NCBI GenBank assembly: GCA_964016885.1
Contig: OZ024744.1
Coordinates: forward strand, 9,982,001-10,046,000
Direction of reading: 5' to 3'
From: Eledone cirrhosa
Taxonomy: Eukaryota
Length of the DNA: 64,000 nt
Position 1 is the first letter of the stretch. Each line of letters begins with the position of its first letter. The translations under genes and the position numbers were made by a program. Shown here piece after piece: positions 22,538 through 36,192 of the stretch. The notes below the pieces were generated by a model. It searched no databases. It saw only the letters and a list, made by a program, of their open reading frames with translations, and was not told where the DNA came from.

Positions 22538-23457
22538 CATCATCATCATCATCATCATCGTTTAACGTCCATGTTCCACGCTTGCATGGGTTTGGGCGGG
22601 AGTTTTCCCACTTGAGGCAAGATTGGTTGTCTTGCTCGCATAGGACTGTCTGGCGGGTTTTCTACAGCTGGATGCCCTTCCTAACACCAACCACGTTTAC
22701 AGTGTGGAACTGGGAAGTTTTTACCGTGTTGCCTACACGGCCACATTACAGCGTGGACTGTGTGTTTTTTGTCGTGACACCTACACGATCTCATTTGTTT
22801 CGGCCTGGATGTTGTGGCACCAACATAACTTTACATTGAAAGGGGCAGTGTGGATGGGGTGGGGGGGGGGGTATTTTGTTAGAGATGCCTACTGACTGTA
22901 GTAGGTTTCACTTTGTACTTAGGTAAGGCGGGTCTTCTCTATTACTGAGTACCGCCAAAGATCTCGGTCCAGTGACATTGTCTTGGAGAGGTGTAAGTGT
23001 GTGAGGTCGGAATTTATCAGCCGTCCCAGGTTTTTCTGGGTCTGCCTACTCCGTGGCTACCATCTATCTTTATTGCCCTGCACTTTGTTATACAGCTGTC
23101 GTCTTTCATGCGCATCACGTGACCATACCAACGTAGTCTTCTCTCGACTAAACAACATCTGATCCCTCTTATTTCTAATTTTTTCCTTAGTTCGTTTATG
23201 TTTTGCCGTTCACGTATATTACTATTACACATCCAGCGGAGCATGCAAGCTTCGTTCCTCTCCAGTCTGCGTATATCCTCTGCACACAATGCCCAGGTCT
23301 CACTGCCATGTAACATAGTTGTTCGTATGCAGGCATCATACAACCTGCCTTTCATTTTTAGAGAGAACCCTTTAGCGACTATTAGTGGTATAAGCTCTCT
23401 GAACTTTTTAAATCCAGTTCTGACCCTAGCTACTGTACTTTCAGAGCACCCGCCCCA
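22538..23457 (-). mobile_element. RTE family A truncated copy, tail-to-tail with the previous one
   Basis: (CAT)n start; ORF 23017-23355 [12 protein letters not shown]...GRPRKTW. Confidence 0.92.
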
Positions 23458-23507
23458 TGTATGTATATGTATATGTATATATATATATGTATGTATATAT
23501 ATATCAT

Positions 23508-23783
23508 AATCATCATCATCATCATCACCGTTTTACGTCCGTTCTTCCACGCTAGCATGGGTTAGACGGGTTGTCCTGTTGTGGGCAGTGTCTGCTCGGC
23601 TGACCATGCCTTGCTCATACAGGAACTGATATGGCTTGATTTCTACAGCTGGATGCCCTTCCTAACACCGACCTCATTTACAGTGTGGGCTGGGTGCTTT
23701 TTTGCCGTGGCACCTCCACGACCACCTTGCGGTGGGGGGTGTGGGGGCATATTGTCTATATGCTTCAGCTTGTACCCATGGGT
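23508..23783 (-). mobile_element. RTE family B 3' UTR fragment
   Basis: Matches 47538-47852 with an internal deletion; (CAT)n tail. Confidence 0.85.
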
Positions 23784-23860
23784 ATATATACATATATAAA
23801 TGTATGTATATATGTATATATATATAAATGTATGTATATATATGTATGTATATATATGTG

Positions 23861-23898
<38 letters not shown>

Positions 23899-23904
23899 TG
23901 TATG

Positions 23905-23953
<49 letters not shown>

Positions 23954-24003
23954 GTATATATATATGTATATATATATGTATATATATATGTAAATATATA
24001 TGT

Positions 24004-25003
24004 ATTTACAGTTAATATGGGGGCTTAATTTACAGGTTATACATTTCTTATCTATACATGAGGGTCTTTGAAAAGGGTATGTCTTGCTAATAAGTGTTTT
24101 TATGGAGGTACCAGGTACCTCCATAAAAACACTTATTAGCAAGACATACCCTTTTCAAAGATCCCCCTGTATAGATAAGAAATGTATAACCTGTAAATTA
24201 AGCCCCCATATTAACTGTAAAACTAGAAATGTAGTATATAGCATAAGATGTACTGAAGGACAATGTAGAGACAAAAATATAGTGTACATAGGTGAGACAG
24301 CTCGTAGTGTAGGGGAACGGATAAATGAACACTGGCGAGACCTTCAAGATAGTAAGGAATCATCTGTACTCTACCAACATGCTAAAATAGAACATAAGGG
24401 TAAATTAGAGAACATAGAAATAAAAATAGAATCTACACACAGAAAAGACGCAATGTTTAGACAAATTACAGAGGCAATAAACATAAAAGAATTACAACCA
24501 AAATTAAATAGAAAACATGAGTTGAACAGCAACATCACAACTTACAATTAAGGACAAAATGAAAACACACACGCACATAGAACAAACAACCAACCTGTAA
24601 CATGTAAATAAACAAATAAATAAACGAATATAAACACACACAGACACCCGGATGTGGCGCATGCGCAGACTGAGCACACAACACACACACAGAAACAAGA
24701 TGGTGTAGGACAGAACAAAGGAGAGGCACAAAAACAAAAAAAAGAATCCCAAGTCACTGAAGAGGTCACAGAATATGTGACGAAAGAACTTTGACAATAT
24801 ATAAACAACCATCTGGTTGTGGAACCAACCACCCGGAAATTTATAAATTCCTAAATTTATAAATTTATTATAATAAATTGAAGTGAAAGCAACTGGTGCG
24901 TATGTTTCTTATTGGCAACATGACCCTCCCAAAGTATAACAATATCGGTTTCAACACACGTTTTCAGGTAAAGAATCTTGCTAAAGAAATTCAGAAACGA
25001 AAT
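24004..25003 (+). mobile_element. N1 PLE 3' part with a 5' fold-back
   Basis: GIY-YIG ORF 24084-24551; palindrome centred on GGTACCAGGTACC (24107-24119); complete pLTR tail. Confidence 0.9.
24753..24795 (+). ncRNA. Minimal hammerhead motif (N1)
   Basis: GUCA-CUGAAGA-G-GUCACA(GAAUA)UGUGAC-GAAA-G(AA)C-UU-UGAC. Confidence 0.75.
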
Positions 25004-25029
25004 ATATATATATATATGTATATATATAT

Positions 25030-26890
25030 ATTGTTATACTTGGGGAGGGTCATATTTGTGTAATATTGCCAGAATTAATAACAGAACACACTCACTGTTT
25101 GGTTGGTTTTCGCTTTTCGCTTCTGTGTCCTTTAAATCGGTAATCTAATTTATTCGGTCCTCAATGTTGCCATTGACTGATCAACGGTCAAAAATAATAC
25201 AGATATATATAGACACAAACACATATATATAGTTTATCAAAGTTCTTTTGTTGCACATCTGCAACATCGTCAGTGGTGCTATTGTTTCCTCCCGTTACAT
25301 TGTATGTCTACGCCATCTTTATTTAGTCTGTTTATATATTTATTTATTTATTTGTTTGTTTGTTTATTTTATTTTGTCTTCTTTGCGTGTGTGAATAGTG
25401 TTTTGTTTGATGTGTGTTCGTGATTGGGTGACTGTGTATTGGTTAATGTATTCTATCTTTACTAGTGTGTGTTTATATGTGTTTGTTGTTATTGTGCTTG
25501 TGTATGTATTTATTTATCTATTTATTTATTTATACTTCTCTTAGGTCAGTGTTGTTGTTTTTTGGGTGTTGCTGTTATTCCATTCATTCTTTCTGTTTAG
25601 TCTTGGCCTTCTAAGTTCTATTTCGCTGGCCTCTCTGATTTGCCTATCTGCTGGGTCATTTCTATGTTTAGATATTATTCTAATTTCTATGTTGTCTATG
25701 TTACCGTCATGTTGTTGTCTAGCATGTTCGTAGAGTACTGACCCGTTTTTTCCTCCTTTTAGTTCCCCCCAGTGTTGGTCTATCCTTTCACCTATGCCTC
25801 GAGCTGTCTCGCCTATGTATGTTGTCATGTTTCTGCAAGTACCCTCTGTACATCTTATGCTATAGACTACGTTTCTAGTTTTACAGTTTATCCGGGGGTT
25901 CACCTTACATATGATACATTTCCTATTAGTACAGTGGGTTTTCTTAAAAGGGTAGGTTTTGCTGATCAGGGGTTTTATGGTAGTTCCTGGCTTTTCTACC
26001 ACCTTAATCTTTAAGTGGGTCTTTCTCAGGGCCTTTCTACACTGGTTAGCTAATTTCCCTCCAGGGGTAGCGTCCACAAACATGACACTCTGGTATCTCT
26101 GGTATTTCTGGTTGTCGTACCATGAGGTGGCTTTCCCTATCTTATGTCTAGCCCTATCTAAGCTATTCCATGATTTGCTCCTGTATAATGGGCAAATTCC
26201 TTTCATGTCCAGTTCTATGAGGGTCTTATACTTCTCCATGGCTCCTTCGTATACTCTGTCTCTTTGGTTGTAGCCAGAGAACTGCATGCGGTTGATGAAG
26301 TGTTGGATGTGTCTTTCCATTTCTGTTGGGTCGCACATGCGGGACACATTCTTCATCACTCGTACAACGTCTGCAATCAGAATATTAAACTTAGCACTAC
26401 TGGACATCGCTGAGTTTTTGAGTATCAGGTATTTGGAGGCCATGGGTTTAGCATAGTGTGAGTGGAGAATTTGGGCTCTCTCGTCTATAGTGTTAATCCA
26501 GAGTTCCGTGTCTAATACAGGTAGTCTATTGTTAGGGTGTTTGGAAGGGAAGTCGATAGTTACAGTTATACTCTGGTGTATGGAATTATCTATCTGCTGG
26601 ATGCTTTCCATTGTGCTACGTTCTAAATCAAACTTGTTAGTGCTTTCTAGTGGGGATGCTCTTATAACTATATTGATATCGTCTACATAACGAGAGTACA
26701 TGATGAGGTCTATGGAGCTCTCATTAAGGAGATCTTTAAGTCTCCTTTCCTACCATACCATGAAAAGGTTGGCAACATCACCAGCTATGCTGACGCCAAT
26801 GACTGCTCCCTCATTTTGGGTGTAGATCTTCTCGTTGAACTTAAATATGTGGCCTTTTAGGGTAGTTTTGGTACTAGCCCCTATTGCATA
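25030..26890 (-). mobile_element. Neptune-like PLE family N2, 5'-truncated
   Basis: ORF 25541-26701 (YSRYVDD, LPVLD, CTNRKCIIC, YIGETAR); terminus TTGTTATACTTGGGAGGGTCAT shared with N1; degenerate hammerhead at ~25236-25277. Confidence 0.9.
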
Positions 26891-26913
26891 TGTGTATATA
26901 TGTATATATATAA

Positions 26914-26947
<34 letters not shown>

Positions 26948-26948
26948 A

Positions 26949-27030
<82 letters not shown>

Positions 27031-27113
27031 GTATATATATATATGTATATATATATGTGTATATATATATGTATATATATATATGTATATATATATGTAT
27101 ATATATATATATG

Positions 27114-27920
<807 letters not shown>

Positions 27921-28378
27921 TACATACATACACATACATAAATGCATACATATGCATGTACAAAATTAGAAAAATATACACACACCTCTACATATTCACA
28001 CACGCAAATAAATATAAGAGAAAATATATATAAAATAAAATAATAAAAACTATTATACAGTTGACAGCGATACAGGCAACGAATAAATGAACAAACACGC
28101 GTGGTAAGTAATACACACAAATGCACGTACACATACATACGTAAAAATAAATACACACACTCTCACACATAAATATACATATAAAAATACATAAAAACAT
28201 ACATACGCATACACAAATACATACATACACATATACATACACAGATATATATATATATATATATATAAATACACATACACATACACACATATATATATAT
28301 ACACACACAAATACATACATAGCTATACAATTACACACATACAAATATGTACATATCACAAACACGTACAACCAAATA

Positions 28379-28467
<89 letters not shown>

Positions 28468-28470
<3 letters not shown>

Positions 28471-29408
28471 AAGAAAAAGAGATGAAATCGAAAATGCAAC
28501 TGGAGTCTTATTTTTTTTTTTTTTTTTAAATATTTATATTTATTTGGTTCCTTTACCGGTTTCGCAGTTCTTCTGCTTTTCAAAAGTAGAGTTGAGATGG
28601 AGGGTCTGTGGTTTTTCTCACATCTGGTTGGTCTCTGAATGTTACTTGTTTTATATGGAAAAAGTGGCTCGAAATGCCAGGTTTTTCGAGAAGTAATTTG
28701 ATTGGTTTGTCAATAATTATAATAAATTTCGCGCCAGTTCGCGTTACAATAGTTCTTCAAATAAGAGGGGGGGGGTTGTCACAGGTTGTTTTTTCATATA
28801 TGAGTGTTTGAATTTCTTTTTACTTGAAAAAAGGAGGCTCACGAAGGCTTTTTTTTGGTTGGTTATAAATGAAATTATGGCTGTCACGTGAACAAATTTT
28901 CATTAAATTTTTGTGCCCTTATTTGGAAATAATTTCATAATTTCATTTATAACCAACCAAAAAAAAGCCTTCGTGAGCCTCCCTTTTTCAAGTAAAAAGA
29001 AATTCAAACACTCATATATGAAAAAACAACCTGTGACAACCCCCCCCCTCTTATTTGAGGAACTATCGTAACGCGAACTGGCGCGAAATTTATTATAATT
29101 ATTGACAAACCAATCAAATTACTTCTCGAAACACCTGGCATTTCGAGCCACTTTTTCCATATAAAACAAGTAACATTCAGAGACCAACCAGATGTGAGAA
29201 AAACCACAGACCCTCCATCTCAACTCACCTTTTGAAAAGCAGAAGAACTGCGAAACCGGTAAAGGAACCAAATAAATATATATATTTAAAAAAAAAAAAA
29301 AATAAGACTCGTTACATTTTCGATTTCATCTCTTTTTCTTTATACTTTCACTCGTGTAGGACACCTCGGTTATTTTTCATTTTGTAAAAAAAACCTCACT
29401 TTCTAATA
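28468..29408. mobile_element. Large fold-back PLE-type terminal unit (~410-nt arms plus tail)
   Basis: ~28470-28879 inverted at ~28936-29340; unpaired tail 29341-29408; hammerhead motifs at 28550-28586 (-) and 29228-29265 (+). Confidence 0.75.
29228..29265 (+). ncRNA. Minimal hammerhead motif with UUGAAAA core
   Basis: Identical to 21339-21376. Confidence 0.75.
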
Positions 29409-29554
29409 TATATATATATATATATAAAAACTGGCCACTCACAGTAAAGTGATCAGTGAAAAAAAACTTGGTACATCTACATATGTATACGTGTGTGTAT
29501 TCATATACATACTAGTATTTCAGTATACATATATGGATGTACATCTTTGACTTA

Positions 29555-29593
<39 letters not shown>

Positions 29594-29595
<2 letters not shown>

Positions 29596-29768
29596 TTTCT
29601 GAATTTGTTTAGCAAGATTCTTTATCTGAAATCGTGTGTTGAAACCGATATTGTTATACTTTGGGAGGGTCATGTTGCCAATAAGAAACACACGCACCAG
29701 TTGTTTTCACGTGAAAGCAGCTGGTGCGTGTGTTTCTTATTGGCAAATGACCCTCCCAAAGTATAACA

Positions 29769-29770
<2 letters not shown>
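29594..29770. mobile_element. Terminus-only N1 PLE palindrome
   Basis: N1 tail plus a hairpin centred on TTTCACGTGAAA (~29705-29716). Confidence 0.8.
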
Positions 29771-29805
<35 letters not shown>

Positions 29806-29922
29806 CGTGTGTGTTTGTATTTGGTTGTGCGTGTTTGTGATATGTACGTATTTGTATGTGTATAATTGTATAGCTTTGTATGTATGTGTGTGTATATATA
29901 TATATGTGTGTGTATGTGTATT

Positions 29923-29953
<31 letters not shown>

Positions 29954-30639
29954 ATATATGTGTGTGTGTGTTTGTGTATGCGTATGTATGTGTTTATGTA
30001 TTTGTATATGTATATTTATGTGTGAGAGTGTGTGTATGTATTTATTTTTACGTATGTATGTGTACGTGCATTTGTGTGTATTGCTTACCACGCGTGTTTG
30101 TTCATTTATTCGTTGCCTGTATCGCTGTCAACTGTATAATAGTTTTTATTATTTTATTTTATATATATTTTTTTCTCATATTTATTTGCGTGTGTGAATA
30201 TGTAGAGGTGTGTGTATATTTTTCTAATTTTGTACATGTATGTGTATGTATGTACGTGTGTATATAGGTATGATTGTGTGTATGTATGTATGTATATGTA
30301 TGTGTGTATGGCTATGTATGTGTATACATATATATATATATATATATATTTCTATATATATGTGTGTGTGGTTGTATATATGTATGTGTATGTATGGATG
30401 TGTTGATATTTATGTGTGTATGTATGTGTATATGTATGTGTATGTGTGTATATATATACACATATATATGTGTATATGTGTGTGTGTATATATGAGTGTA
30501 TGTATATATATATATATATGTGTGTGTATGTATGCATTTGTGTGTGTTTGCATGTGTGTTTTTATTTTATTTTTCCTTTCCTTCTTCCTTCTCCAGCCTC
30601 ACTTTCATATAGATTGCATTTTTCTTTTTAAAATCCAAA

Positions 30640-30818
30640 TTCAATAAACAGACCAGGATTTTTTCATTCTGATGATTGAAAGCAACATTTTTTGCTTTTA
30701 AGAAACCACTGGTAAATGGAATAATTGCCTTATGTTGTTTATTACATAACTATTAAGCTCTGTTACCTACATAGAGCACTCTTTTTTCCTGGACTTTTCC
30801 GACGGAATTACTTCATTT
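30640..30818 (+). mobile_element. Isolated PLE 3' end (family of 8937-10025)
   Basis: Matches 9921-10025 and continues into the tail that appears inverted at 8937. Confidence 0.75.
30662..30721 (+). ncRNA. Type I hammerhead motif, canonical core
   Basis: UUUCAUU-CUGAUGA-UUGAAAGCAA(CAUUUU)UUGCUUUUAA-GAAA-CC(ACU)GG-UA-AAUGGAA. Confidence 0.85.
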
Positions 30819-30871
30819 ATATATATATGTATATATGTATATATGTGTATATATATATATATATATGAATG

Positions 30872-30939
<68 letters not shown>

Positions 30940-31117
30940 TGTATATATATGCATATATATACATATGTATATATATATATATATACATATGTATATATAT
31001 ATATGTGTGTGTATATATATAAAAATATGTATATGTATATATATATGTGTATATATATATATATGTATATATATGTATATATGTATATATATATATATAT
31101 ATGTATTTAAATATATG

Positions 31118-31166
<49 letters not shown>

Positions 31167-31272
31167 GTATATATGTATATATATATGTATATTTATATAT
31201 ACATATATATATATATAAAATATTAAAAAAATAATGAATAAACAAAGAAACAGTTCCTTATATTAGAAAAAT

Positions 31273-31414
31273 TCATTATTTTACGATCGTTTCTAGGATA
31301 TATATGTGTTAGAGTTGGTATTCATATTCTATAGATCTATGTACAATACTTATACAAACTATCAAAGGGAATATACATACCTTCACATATATATGCTGTC
31401 TTCAGAAATAATGA
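31273..31414 (-). ncRNA. Type I hammerhead motif with 105-nt stem II
   Basis: UCAUUAUUU-CUGAAGA-[CAGCAUAUAUAUGUG...CACAUAUAUAUCCUA]-GAAA-CGAUCG-UA-AAAUAAUGA; perfect 9-bp stem I. Confidence 0.88.
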
Positions 31415-32275
31415 TACTTGTTTATTGATAAGAACAAAGATTCAATACAATAGGTCTGTTTGGGAACAGGTTTTGAATTGACCAATCAGGAGATAGTGAG
31501 GGTCAAGATAGTGATATAGAATTAGGAGAACCTTAAATTATGGGTAGAGGAAGGTAGATTTCAGTTTTGGATGGTAAAGAGTATTATGAATGAAGGATTA
31601 CTTTAGGGAAGAAGTAGGTCATATGTTGACCTCAGAAATAATTTTATTTGTTCATTGAATAAAACCAATAAAGATCCAATATAACAATGGATTACTTTAG
31701 GGAAGAAGTAGGTCATATGTTGACCTCAGAAATAATTTTATTTGTTCAAAGATCAAATACATTCTGTCTGTTTGGTAAGAGGTTTAGAATTAACCAATAG
31801 AAGGTTAATAATTGGCCAAATGGTAAAATAGTAGTAATTGAAACTTATTTTAGGGGTGAAACTAGGTCAGGTGGTCAGTAGAAGGTATTCAAGCAGTTGC
31901 TGTTATAAAATAGTAATGCCAATACAAATATCTAAGGTGACTAGAGTTTTAAGATAAGGATGTTAGTGAAAAAAAAAAAAAAAAGGAAAAAAAAAAAGGA
32001 AAAAAAAAAAAAAAATACATCTATGAAAAGGATATAAAATTAATTAATATAATTATATTGATAAAATTATACTAATACATATAGATATGATAAATAAGAG
32101 TTAGATGCAGTTGAAAAGTGCTGTTAAAGATGAGGGGAAATTAAAAGAATATAAGAATGATATATATATATATATACATATATGTACCTACATATATATA
32201 CATACATACACACATACACACATATATATATATATATATATACACATACATAGACATACACACACAAATATATAC

Positions 32276-32315
<40 letters not shown>

Positions 32316-32609
32316 GCAAATACACATGTACATATACATACACACACACACACACAGACATATATATATATATATATATATATATACTCATACACACACA
32401 CACACACATATACACACATATATATATATACATACATATATATATTTTTACACTCACATACATACACACATACATACATACACACCTATATACACACACA
32501 TCCACACTTACATATAATTATTGGGGGGGGGGGATTAAATTTATTAGTGGGAAATAGTAAATATATATAGGTTTCAAGGAACATAGAGTCATAACCTGAA
32601 GTTAAAGCA

Positions 32610-33125
32610 TTATATATGTTTACTTAATGGTATCAGTTTTAGGAAATGATATTTGTAAGAAGGAGAGCCAAATTATGTAGTTCATCATTAGTAGAATATT
32701 AATTATAGGTTAACTAAAATAAAAAATAGTTTATATCTAAATTTCTAAGGTGTATATTAATTAGGTTTATCATATTTAAAGCAGAATTATGTAGTTCATC
32801 AGTAGTAGAATATTAATTATAGGTTAACTAAATTAAAAATAATTACATATGTTTACTTAATGGTATCAGTTTTAGGAAATGATATTTGTAAGAAGGAAAG
32901 CCAAATTATGTAGTCCATCAGTAGTAGAATATTAATTATATGTTAACTAAATTTAAAATAGTTTATATATTAATTTCTAAAGTGTATATTAATTAGGTTT
33001 ATAATATTTAAAGCAGAATTTTGTAATTCATCTGTAGTAGAATATTAATTATAGGTTAACTAAATTAAAATTAATTTATATATTAATTTCTAAAGTGTAT
33101 ATTAATTAGGTTTATAATATTTAAA
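32610..33125. repeat. AT-rich tandem duplication (~233-nt period with sub-repeats) in the PLE 3' UTR
   Basis: ATATGTTTACTTAATGGTATCAG at ~32614 and ~32847; TAGTAGAATATTAATTATA occurs four times. Confidence 0.8.
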
Positions 33126-35474
33126 TGTTTTTCTCAGTTTATGATTACACGATATTATTAATTCCTGTCGCTTATTTAATAGGATATCCTTAGATTTCAT
33201 TATTTCGAAAAGTTCTTGGGAACACAATCTACATTCATTTCTACTATTTTGATAAGGGGTGGCCCTTTTGAGCACACTCCAGATCAGGTCAATATCTATA
33301 TTCCTCTTTCTATAATTATTAATTTTTTCAGCTAGAGATGTTGTATTAGCTAGTGCGGCATTTTTAAAACTATGTTTGTGGGTATTAAATCTTACCTTAA
33401 AATTGTTAGAAGTAGCTCCTATATATGAGTAAATAGAGTCCTTAGTGTTAACTTTACATTTATATACTATCTTATTAACAAGGCAATTTCCTTTTAATGG
33501 ACAGTTTGCCTTGTTTCTACAGTTACAACTTTTCGTGAGTCCTGTATCTGAGGAGATATTATGGTTAGTTTGATGTACTGGTGGTATACTTATGGTTTTT
33601 TTACATTTATATGCATTATAGGCACTTATATTTTGTTTTATGTTTTTGGTTGTTGAGTAGGAGAATTTAACTGTTGATCTATTTAAGATTTGATGGTATT
33701 TGTGGTTTGGCGGGAAGTTTTTCTCTAGGATATTAAAGAATTTTTTAGGTATATTATCCTTAATTTGTAAATTAAATGGAGCATTATACCAAGTAACCCG
33801 TCTATTACGGTTTCTATGTTGTTTATTGTTTTTATAGGATGCATCCTGATGTTTACTAGGAGAATTATTGTTAATGACCTCTCCACACACATTTTTAGTT
33901 AGATTTATTGATTTAGGTGTTTTAGCTTGTTTATTAGGAGTTTTATTATTAACATTTATTAGAGTTGTAGGATGAGTAGTTTTTTGAGAGTTACTATACT
34001 GTATATTAGAAGAGTTAGAGAAAATTGGTTTTATTTTGGTATTTTGGGGTATAGTGTGAGTGGCATTTAGGTGTGTACGTTTCATTTGGTTGTTTGTTGG
34101 TAATATTAGGTTGTATGTTTGTAGTATTATTGGTAGAAGGTATATATATTAATCTATTTTTGTGGCCACTTCTAGCTAGAACTTCGTTATAAAAGGGCGT
34201 ATTTTTATCAAATACATCTTGGTTAGACGAAAGGTTAGAAATTCTAAGTGATGTATTATATGCAAGGTTTTTAAGGATAGATTTAGGGTGATTAGATTGT
34301 GAGTGTATGTAGTGTAAATTTTGGTTGGGTTTATGGTAAGGCTGGTAGATACCCGTAGATAAGTCTAATGTTATATCTAGGAAATTAACTACTTTACTTG
34401 TGTTTTCAAATGTAATATCTAGACTATAATAGTCTTTAAGGAAAGTCTAATAAGCTTTTTATTTTTTTCTATCTCTGAGAGGCTAAGGTTATTGGAAAGA
34501 AGAAGACAGTCGTCACGATATAAACCACCTTTAAGGTGGGGAAAGGAAGCATTTATGTTAAAAAGAAGAAAGAGGCCCACAAGATCAGTAATTTGGGCAG
34601 AATCGCTTGAGCCCATAGTAATATCAAATAGATTACTATATGTGTTTCTGGTCCAGTATTCATTCTGAAATTCCAGTAGTGTTAGTCTAGCATGTGTAAT
34701 AATATTAATGTCATCCAAAGTTAAGTTAGATCTAATTTTAGCAAATATCAAGGCTTTGTTCAGGAGTATAGGTGATATAGAAGAATAATAATTATCTATA
34801 TCAAATTGTAGAAATGAAGCAGAGGATTTATATCTAATATTATTAAACCAGTTAATTACCTGGGATGTGTTTTCCCAGAGTGGTAAATTAACATGTTTTC
34901 TTATTTGTGGGATGACTCTATCTAAAATTTTTTTACTAATGATTCCAATATCAGATTTGGAAGGGCATATAAGTCTTATAGAAGGATTAGAGTTAAAGTT
35001 AGATTTATGATCTTTCAGGTTGAAGTGTGGTCTTTTCAATGCCAAAGGTTCAGTTCTATCTTCAATATTAAGTCTATTCACTATGTTGTGTGTTTTGTTG
35101 TTGATGTTGGTAAGTGACGCATTATTTGTTTTTCTATAATTTTTCCTGAGTTCTTTATATATGAACTCATTGTAATTTTCAATATCCATGTGATACAGAT
35201 TTCCAGTTTTGTCCGAGTGGACATGGATTTTTTTAGATTTTTTTAGGTCCAATAGGGTAGAATCAAGGTCCTTTTGAAAGTTAGATTTATACCTCTTAAA
35301 TTTGAGGTGTTTGATTAAATTAAAAAGGTCTTTCTCAAAGTTTTCAAGTAAAGAGTTGTGTGGTGGATTTTTATGTATATATATATATGTATATATATGT
35401 ATATATATATATGTATATATATGTATATATATGTATGTATATATATATATGTATATATATATATGTATATATAT

Positions 35475-36084
35475 GTCAGGTCACCAGCTGGTGCTACTGA
35501 TAACATGTATCCCAGTACAACCTGTCTCATGGTCGGGTCGTTGGCGACTAAACTGGCAGCCGCACCAAGGTTTCTTGGTGAGGAGGGTGACTTTGGACAT
35601 CCTGCAGGACTAAAAACAAAACCTGTCAAAGGGCAAAGGAGCTCTTAAGAGTCAATGGCCATCCAAAATCACCGGGAGAGATGACCCCTTAGCCTTTGTC
35701 AAGGCAGAATTCTAGGAGAAGGAAAACTCTGATATAACACCTGCAACCCTGATGGTATCCAATGATGTTGACTTGTTCTTCTTTTTGGTAAATATCATCT
35801 TGGTTAAGAGAGTGGGACTGGCTTTGTGCAGTGCCTTTGCTCACTATAAAAGCTTCACGGCACAGGCATTGCTTTATATCTGGAGATCTCTCTGCACTTG
35901 TCGTCACATGGTACCATGGGCCCAGCACTATGTGTCAATAATTGTCACAAGTGTAGTGTTTGTACCAGAGTTTTCAAGTTGCTGGCTGGACTAAAAAGTC
36001 ACACTCGTTCAGCGCATCGGTAGGGGTTCTCCTACATGGATATAAAGTAGTGGCCATACTCGAAAACGAGTTGGCAGCCACCAT
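35475..36084 (+). mobile_element. Non-autonomous bipartite RTE derivative, copy 2
   Basis: Colinear and nearly identical to 14882-15491 with the same ends; flanked by (TA)n. Confidence 0.85.
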
Positions 36085-36091
36085 ATATATG

Positions 36092-36142
<51 letters not shown>

Positions 36143-36192
36143 GTATATTTTATGTATATATATATATGTATATATATATATGTATATATATA

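Larger units (their letters stand above)
31220..35372 (-). mobile_element. Hydra-like PLE, frameshifted RT + GIY-YIG, long repeat-laden 3' UTR
   Basis: ORF 34419-35252 (FDIDNYYSSI, MGSSDSAQITDLVG, LYRDD) and 33102-34085 (CNCRNKANCPL, IVYKC, YIGAT); hammerhead at 31273-31414. Confidence 0.87.
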
